A stretch of 60,126 nucleotides of DNA, taken from NCBI GenBank assembly GCA_964443005.1, contig CAYUBI010000002.1, positions 1-60,126 of the forward strand, in the 5' to 3' direction. Shown in pieces: positions 55,201-60,126 of this stretch. This DNA comes from an uncultured Candidatus Marinamargulisbacteria bacterium (GTDB lineage Bacteria > Margulisbacteria > Riflemargulisbacteria > GWF2-35-9 > CAYUBI01). Position numbers and translations under genes: made by a program. The notes beneath the pieces were generated by a model. It was not told the DNA's origin. It did not search any database and saw only the letters and a program-made list of their open reading frames with translations. Every line of letters begins with the position of its first letter. Position 1 is the first letter of the stretch.

Positions 55201-58200
55201 GTTGCCAGATAAACCCTATCGTGTACGCAGTGATTCAACGCAATGGTCAGATTGGCAAAGTCAATTATCGTATAATGGTTTGTTTGTGAGTTCAAATGGT
55301 AATATTACTCAAAATATTTATGTTCAAGCCCGTGATAAAGCTGGAAATGCAAGTACTGAAACTGTCACAATCAAGGTAGATGCGGAGTCACCGTTTACGC
55401 AGCTGACTGTGCTTGCAGATACGCTGGAGCCGATTTATCAAGTGACGCCGTTTAAGGGGAATTATCGTCATACAGCAATCCGTGTAACCTGGGATGCTGC
55501 AGTTGATACTGGGCAACTGGTAGATTTGCCGTATCGGCTTAAATGTGACGCAGGGCAAACAACGTATTCTGCATTTCAGTCCAATTTAGAAGCTACAGTT
55601 AATTGTACTGCGCCTGGCTTGCGAACAATAACGTTATTTGCTATAGATAAGGCTGGCAATTTTCGAGAAGTGACAGCAACTGTTAATGTAAATCTTTCAG
55701 ATCCAACTATGAACTTAATGCTAGGCGTGTCTAATCCTGGAAGAACTGTACCCTTTATTACTACGGAAGATAGCGCCTTAATTACCTTAAGTTTGATAGA
55801 GGAGGTGACGATAACTCCCAATTTGGCATACCAATCATTTTTGCAAAATATTATTAGCACAGATGGCAAAAGTTTGGTAGAGGTTTATGCTGACCCTATT
55901 TCTGTGCCTTTGATTCGTTTAACTAATTCTATCTTTATTGCTCATTTTAAATTTCCAAGTATTATAGGCAACGGAAAAATATATTTTATCGCAACTGCCA
56001 ATGATAATGCTGGCAATATTACAACAAAGATTACAGGTAATCTTTATTATATGATGCAAAATGGTGCGCCTCCACCACCAACGGGTTTTAGCGCAGGTGA
56101 CTATCATACGAATGATCCTTTTTATACAAAGTCGAGATGGCAGGTGATGATTACGTTTAATATAGATTCTTCAGTTTCGCAATATTATATTCAGGATTTG
56201 TCTGTTAACCAGCCAGCGCCGTCACAGCCTGCTTACAGTTCCTCCTTGTTTATTCCGTTTGTGCCCGAGATTCATTACAATTTTCAAAATGATATTCCAG
56301 AAACTAAGGTTGTGTATGTGTGGGTTGCAACTAGTCGCAATATTGTATCGCTGATACCTGCCAGCTGTAATATTATTTATGATCCTAATCCACCACGCGT
56401 CGAAGTTCAGGCTAAATTTCCTGGAGATCCGTTGCCTGGCACTTCTGTGTATGTGGTGTCCAAAGGCCTTTATCGTGGGCGTTTATCTGTTTTTGATAGT
56501 GTTCGGCTGCCAGAACAATATCGGGATCAATCATTAATAACGCCGAATTTGCTGATTATGTTTCCGAATGCAGGTTCGTTTGTTACAGTTGATGTGTCCT
56601 CAACTTTACGTATGGATAATTCAGTTGCAGCTAGTGCTAATAATGCAGATTATCATCGGGAATGGTTTTTTGATTATTCTACTTTAGCTGTTTTGAATAG
56701 TGGAACTGCTAATGTGTGGGTGTGGGTAACAGATAATGCTAGAAATAGTGCAAAGGGTACTGCCCTATTTTATATTGATCTTGACGCGCCTGTTGACCCT
56801 ACCCTTTCAATTACGAGTAAGTTAACTCAACGATTTGGATATACGAATAGTGTGAATGTCGATGCGCATATTTCAATGAGTCAGGAAAGTGGACCCAGTT
56901 ATGATTATTATTTAATTAATGAAAGTGCACAAACGTTGCCTGATCCGAATGATGTTCGTCAAAATCCGTGGCCACCTGCTAGTCCTACAGTTAATACAAC
57001 TTATCGGTTGCAGTCCAATTTGATTGAAGAAAATGTTGTAGAAGGTAGTTATAAGGTTTATGCCTGGATTCTTTCAGGCCCAAACATTAACAAAGGTCCA
57101 GTTTATCAAACAGTGATTTATGATAAAACGCCACCTAATTATAGTATTCAAGTCGGGTTATATCAGCAAGCGTCGAATGTATCTGAAGTTGTTTCCATTA
57201 CCTTATCTGTAACTGAACAGTTATGGGCTGCACCTACCATGGATCTGTGGGTACCGATAGGTCCTGGAGTATGTGAATCGCTTCAAACGCATTATATTGG
57301 ACAAACCGTTCAAGGATTTATTTACGTAACAACTGTAAATATGAATTATTCGTATAAGGATAAAATTAATCGGCTAACCTTTACCTTGGAAGATTTTGCG
57401 GGAAATCAAAACCAACAGAATATATTGTATCGACAAACCTTACAAATAACCAAGTTCACAGATGATATCCCAACAAACAATTACGTTAGCAAAGGTGATG
57501 TTGACGTCATGTTGGCTACAATTCAATTGGCACCTGTTGAAAAACCAATCACCTTAACAAGTGTGCGTTTACGATTGTCAGGAACAGCACAAAATACAGA
57601 TGTTAAAGGTTTTAAGTTTTATCGGGACGGAGATAATGACGGGAAATGTAAGCCGTTGGAATACAAAGATCCGCTTTTAAATAGTGGGCAAGATCAAATG
57701 GAGTTGGATGGAACTGCAACGTTACATTTAGCAATCCCTGAAATAATATCACGAACAACGAATTATTGTGTTGCTATTGATGTTGGCGCAGGTGTTGTTG
57801 AAAACCGCACGTTGTCAATTGGCATTGCGTCGCATGACAGTATTATTGTAGACTCGTTACAACTGGTTCAGTATCCCACAGCTTCCATGCAAACAGGTCA
57901 GATTATTTTTACAGGCGCGAAAAGTACAGTTGTTGTTGGCGAATCGGGAATCGTTTTGGATGTTACCGTTAATCAACAAGAACGTAATGTAGTTTTAAAA
58001 GCATTTAATGTGCGAACAGATGTGGGCAGTGTGATTTGGTATGGATTAAAAATATATTTAAATGGAACAACGTGTTCACAAAATATTTTATCAAATATTC
58101 GAATTTACAAAGATAGTACGTATGATGAAATTTTCAATCCAGCAACGAGTTATGGCGAACGAGGGGATATGATGATTTCTTCGGGTGTAGATAATTTTGT

Positions 58201-59935
58201 TGGGAAATCCGAGATTACCCTTAACTTTGTTAATGGGTATCAGCCTATTGAAACCTTCCCTAGTACTTATTTTATAGTAGGTGACATTAGTCGTACTGCT
58301 AGTGAAAATGCAACGTTTAATGTTTATATCAAAACAGGATTTGATTTTGACATTGATCGCAAAAACTCGGTTGCAGATTCTAATTTTCCTTTATATGGAG
58401 GCAATGCGGGTTCCAGTGGATATTTTAAGGTTCATCGATTTGTTTCTACAGTCGAAGCTGTACAAGCTACTTTAGATAACACAACCGTTTATCAGGGTGA
58501 TTCAAAATATATTGTTCAAAAATATACGTTAACAGCAGATGATTCTACAACCTTTCTGAATTGGATTAATTTTGAGCTTGCAGATAGTAGTCCGCGTGCA
58601 ACCTCTTCTGATTTTACTGCCATTACTATTTATAAAACTTCAGCAGAAACAACAGGAACCTCGTTATCAACAGTTACGCGTGATAGTTTGCTTTTTTCTA
58701 CATTAACATGGATTGATGCTACGCATTTTCGATTAACGTTTGCAACGCCTGTCACAATTAATGCGAGTAATTATTTCTTTTTGGTGATGGACATTAATTC
58801 AAATGCAGTTGTTGGCCATAAAATTAATATTGTTCAGCATTTTATTTCAAATACCGGAATTGGTTTTGATGAATATGGACAAACAGGAATTGCAAAGCAG
58901 TTAATGTCAAATGCCATTGAAATTATTGACATTAAAGAGCCGTCGCAGCCAGTGCTAACAGGTAGGGCGTTTTCGTCGCTGATTCAAGGGGTTGAGGTAA
59001 CAATGGATACTAGCACGCGTGCCACTAATGGAATCGGGTCTTATACGTTTAAGTTGGGCAAATCTAAAGGTGCTGGCGATGTCATTCCTGTAGTAACAAC
59101 GAATCGATTAATTTCTAAATCTGGCAGTGCAATGGTGAATGAGCTGATTTTTGTACCTGCAATGTTAGATGATAATACAACCTATTATTTGGAAGCTTGG
59201 GCAACCAGCGCCCCTACCCTTTTGGATCCTCTTGCTTATACTGGAAAGCCAGGATTTTTCTCTTTTCATACAGATTTTTCAGCGCCCCATCTTCCAAATA
59301 ATGCTTTGCAAGTAGTTCAGGAGGTAGGCCAAAATGGTATTGTGCATGATTTAACGTGGGGCGATTTTATTGAAAATGAATCAGGAATCGCTCAATTTAC
59401 ACTTGAGCAATCAACAGGAACTCAGCCTAGGTGGGTTCAAATCGCACAAATTACGCCTAAATCATCAACCGTAGTTTCTGATAGTGATCGTGGATGTACC
59501 TTAACCCAGCGAAATAGTAATGATTCTTACTATTATCGAGTTAAAGCGCTTAATTTGGCAGGAAAAGAAAGCATGTATTTGTTATCAGATGCAGGAATAT
59601 TTGCAACAGTAACTACAAAAATTTTAAGTAATGTGTCGAATTATCCAAATCCCTTTGCGCCGCGACAGGAATTTTCGCGAATTACATATTATTTGCGCGA
59701 GGATGCTGCAGTCGAATTGCGGATTTATGATGCTTTGGGGCATATCGTTCGAACCCTACATTATCCCAAAGGCGATCCAGGCCATGCTTCGCAAGGAACA
59801 TGTAATGTAGATTGGGATGGTAAAAATGATACAGGCAAAGTTGTTAGTAAGGGTGGATATTTTTTGATTATTGAAACGCCTTTTTTATCGGGTGAAGATA
59901 GTAAAGTTAAGCGTTTTATTGGTGTGATAAATTAA
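52250..59935 (+). CDS. Giant (2561-aa) cell-surface protein with tandem Ig-like modules, an FN3-like domain and a T9SS-type / FlgD-Ig-like C-terminal domain
   Basis: Signal peptide. Eight ~112-aa modules. FN3-like region HDLTWGDF...YYYRVKALNLAGKES. The C-terminal region NYPNPFAPRQEFSRITYYL...VELRIYDALGHIVRTL...VDWDGKNDTGKVVSKGGYFLIIE matches the Por-secretion-tail / FlgD-Ig pattern. Confidence 0.75.
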   Translation: MNNRTGAKQSLFVWFIFVIGVFSFSVAAANTFTVDGKDSLYWFIGKQHVLTMTGVPLQTVEITEGSNPFIKLSCDASASSPYCVVVAGGAEIQVDSGTQFNNGIWTIKLTIPWTASSWAPFSLYSLTDFSDSFTFTNQLKVQALVVAADADVSYYNGTYWFKGGIGYFENGLVISGNVIYDTLSTQLSIHPPAGSIIANLYWDNQKADISDATDIEGDFAFYSGYLPIAATGISINFPVKVVLGNLGNGVHGIGNETVNPFYVNIDNQAPVLNQEHVILEPDLTDNGNDGIVPNIGWYDQPTVSVQMDHLGSAIDDGVGMADTYYVFNEILADKSQSVALTIPEGVSRTITVKVMDRVGNYIATTVNVNVDMTAPNVFSVALRPDTDNLFAPYQVTPDAGWYNDDTIDFEWVTPLDAIGRLRAMPYQVKSDYESVTYCAKAGSVFTEGAFQATTNVTGLRTSSQGINPIKLFVRAIDEAGNVREAYTTVKVDTQKPVINYVTLLPDTTFKTGNQKPDIGWYNDGTEVQWRWSAVDNGEKASLPYRYRNLNGSKTTTNIGWEFGNVGWTNVETILVPTSEAPTGNYFELWVKDKAGNIVTQTALVYVDETPPLLNYYNITFIPDTQSHPEIPPFFDPTHNNVWYAKPTIDFVLTWNVGVEAGGMASFNVKSDTDIGWISQAISNPTFNGFTVVPRDRSPIIMTALFSDHAGWTVQKNAAVYVDVTPPQLFPLYLIADTDSNSDGIGPELGWYDDRTIDFNWDAPLDSGLLRSLPYQYKIGTGDWQAWQTNLKVENLLVTAGLGITVSVQAVDMAGNSVSNSFVMNIDTVAPIGSFSFIIVTETVQTTRSGITPDAGWYDNNGVTVMIPTYNLNDTGGLREVAAGRYFFKNDLGKINFGEGSVAASATIYTVEGGSTLRYFTAAIADHAGNVIQKNAYSYVDINSPQRFHVTIKPDAGANGFVPQTGWYQRTTVNFQWDAAPDDGMLPDKPYRVRSDSTQWSDWQSQLSYNGLFVSSNGNITQNIYVQARDKAGNASTETVTIKVDAESPFTQLTVLADTLEPIYQVTPFKGNYRHTAIRVTWDAAVDTGQLVDLPYRLKCDAGQTTYSAFQSNLEATVNCTAPGLRTITLFAIDKAGNFREVTATVNVNLSDPTMNLMLGVSNPGRTVPFITTEDSALITLSLIEEVTITPNLAYQSFLQNIISTDGKSLVEVYADPISVPLIRLTNSIFIAHFKFPSIIGNGKIYFIATANDNAGNITTKITGNLYYMMQNGAPPPPTGFSAGDYHTNDPFYTKSRWQVMITFNIDSSVSQYYIQDLSVNQPAPSQPAYSSSLFIPFVPEIHYNFQNDIPETKVVYVWVATSRNIVSLIPASCNIIYDPNPPRVEVQAKFPGDPLPGTSVYVVSKGLYRGRLSVFDSVRLPEQYRDQSLITPNLLIMFPNAGSFVTVDVSSTLRMDNSVAASANNADYHREWFFDYSTLAVLNSGTANVWVWVTDNARNSAKGTALFYIDLDAPVDPTLSITSKLTQRFGYTNSVNVDAHISMSQESGPSYDYYLINESAQTLPDPNDVRQNPWPPASPTVNTTYRLQSNLIEENVVEGSYKVYAWILSGPNINKGPVYQTVIYDKTPPNYSIQVGLYQQASNVSEVVSITLSVTEQLWAAPTMDLWVPIGPGVCESLQTHYIGQTVQGFIYVTTVNMNYSYKDKINRLTFTLEDFAGNQNQQNILYRQTLQITKFTDDIPTNNYVSKGDVDVMLATIQLAPVEKPITLTSVRLRLSGTAQNTDVKGFKFYRDGDNDGKCKPLEYKDPLLNSGQDQMELDGTATLHLAIPEIISRTTNYCVAIDVGAGVVENRTLSIGIASHDSIIVDSLQLVQYPTASMQTGQIIFTGAKSTVVVGESGIVLDVTVNQQERNVVLKAFNVRTDVGSVIWYGLKIYLNGTTCSQNILSNIRIYKDSTYDEIFNPATSYGERGDMMISSGVDNFVGKSEITLNFVNGYQPIETFPSTYFIVGDISRTASENATFNVYIKTGFDFDIDRKNSVADSNFPLYGGNAGSSGYFKVHRFVSTVEAVQATLDNTTVYQGDSKYIVQKYTLTADDSTTFLNWINFELADSSPRATSSDFTAITIYKTSAETTGTSLSTVTRDSLLFSTLTWIDATHFRLTFATPVTINASNYFFLVMDINSNAVVGHKINIVQHFISNTGIGFDEYGQTGIAKQLMSNAIEIIDIKEPSQPVLTGRAFSSLIQGVEVTMDTSTRATNGIGSYTFKLGKSKGAGDVIPVVTTNRLISKSGSAMVNELIFVPAMLDDNTTYYLEAWATSAPTLLDPLAYTGKPGFFSFHTDFSAPHLPNNALQVVQEVGQNGIVHDLTWGDFIENESGIAQFTLEQSTGTQPRWVQIAQITPKSSTVVSDSDRGCTLTQRNSNDSYYYRVKALNLAGKESMYLLSDAGIFATVTTKILSNVSNYPNPFAPRQEFSRITYYLREDAAVELRIYDALGHIVRTLHYPKGDPGHASQGTCNVDWDGKNDTGKVVSKGGYFLIIETPFLSGEDSKVKRFIGVIN
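53036..55720 (+). repeat. Eight tandem ~112-aa coding modules inside the giant surface protein
   Basis: Module boundaries V.(V/I)D...P occur nine times (VNIDNQAP, VNVDMTAP, VKVDTQKP, VYVDETPP, VYVDVTPP, MNIDTVAP, SYVDINSP, IKVDAESP, VNVNLSDP). Each is followed by (L/I).PDT...(T/V)P..GWY...T(I/V).F.W ... LPY(Q/R)(Y/V)(K/R). The protein-level repeats are diverged, not identical at the DNA level. Confidence 0.7.
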
Positions 59936-60078
59936 TAATGTAACTGGCGCGTTATAGAATAAAGGCAGCTACATTATTCCTGTCGATTTCCTTGACATAA
60001 TTTAAGCTATTTGGTATTCATATTAATAATGGGATTTTTTGTGCTTCAAGCCGAGTAAGTAACGATAGGAGAAAGGGT

Positions 60079-60126
60079 ATGGCGAAATTAGTTCGTTTTG
60101 ATTGGGCTATAAAAAAGATTTTACGT
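60079..60126 (+). CDS. 5' end (16 codons) of a gene whose N-terminus resembles Rpn/PD-(D/E)XK-family putative transposases; truncated by the window edge
   Basis: MAKLVRFDWAIKKILR, with AGGAGAAAGGG 5 nt upstream. The FDWA(I/F)KK(I/L)LR opening is recalled from the Rpn/YhgA-like family. This is too short for a firm call. Confidence 0.3.
   Translation, partial: MAKLVRFDWAIKKILR

Noticed and set aside
59991-60020. A promoter-like TTGACA, 17 nt, then TATTCA upstream of the truncated last gene.
   Set aside because: The -10 hexamer is poor and lacks the invariant final T. In A+T-rich DNA such matches are frequent, so I did not report it as a feature.

Overview
This is an A+T-rich chromosomal segment from a diderm bacterium. 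I cannot assign a phylum from sequence alone. It holds about 45 genes in four strand blocks.

Housekeeping core, called from classical motifs: ruvB, a soluble lytic transglycosylase, lipA, lpdA, a LacI-type regulator, lysS, dusB, parB, parA, rsmG, mnmG, hisB, pyrR, ftsH, mtaB, mgtE, an LDH/MDH-family dehydrogenase, a GT2 glycosyltransferase and an orphan fliS-like gene. There is also a split, archaeal-type glutamate synthase operon with a class-II amidotransferase, a ferredoxin+FMN protein, a GXGXG+GltD-like protein and an extra class-I amidotransferase.

Accessory or unusual content:
1. A five-gene same-strand cluster (55-8925) encodes a MoxR-like AAA+ ATPase, a vWA(MIDAS) protein with an HExxH-bearing N-terminal region, and three translationally coupled, eukaryote-like RNI-type LRR paralogs. 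Two of the paralogs share a ~480-bp stretch of 100% DNA identity.
2. A very A+T-rich island (16054-21500) carries a 1458-aa protein built from five tandem ~138-aa modules of unknown type fused to a complete Upf1/DNA2-like SF1 helicase. It also carries a decayed Bro-N/DinD-like pseudogene and a hicB-hicA module.
3. A spore-photoproduct-lyase-like radical SAM gene is interrupted by a single in-frame TAG.
4. A 1722-aa outer-membrane protein probably has a non-AUG start.
5. A G+C-rich nested-hairpin element lies downstream of ftsH.
6. A PorV-like barrel, a TPR protein and a 2561-aa adhesin with a T9SS-type C-terminal domain form one locus.

I found no rRNA, tRNA or CRISPR array. All calls are motif-level readings of the supplied translations. 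No database search was run.
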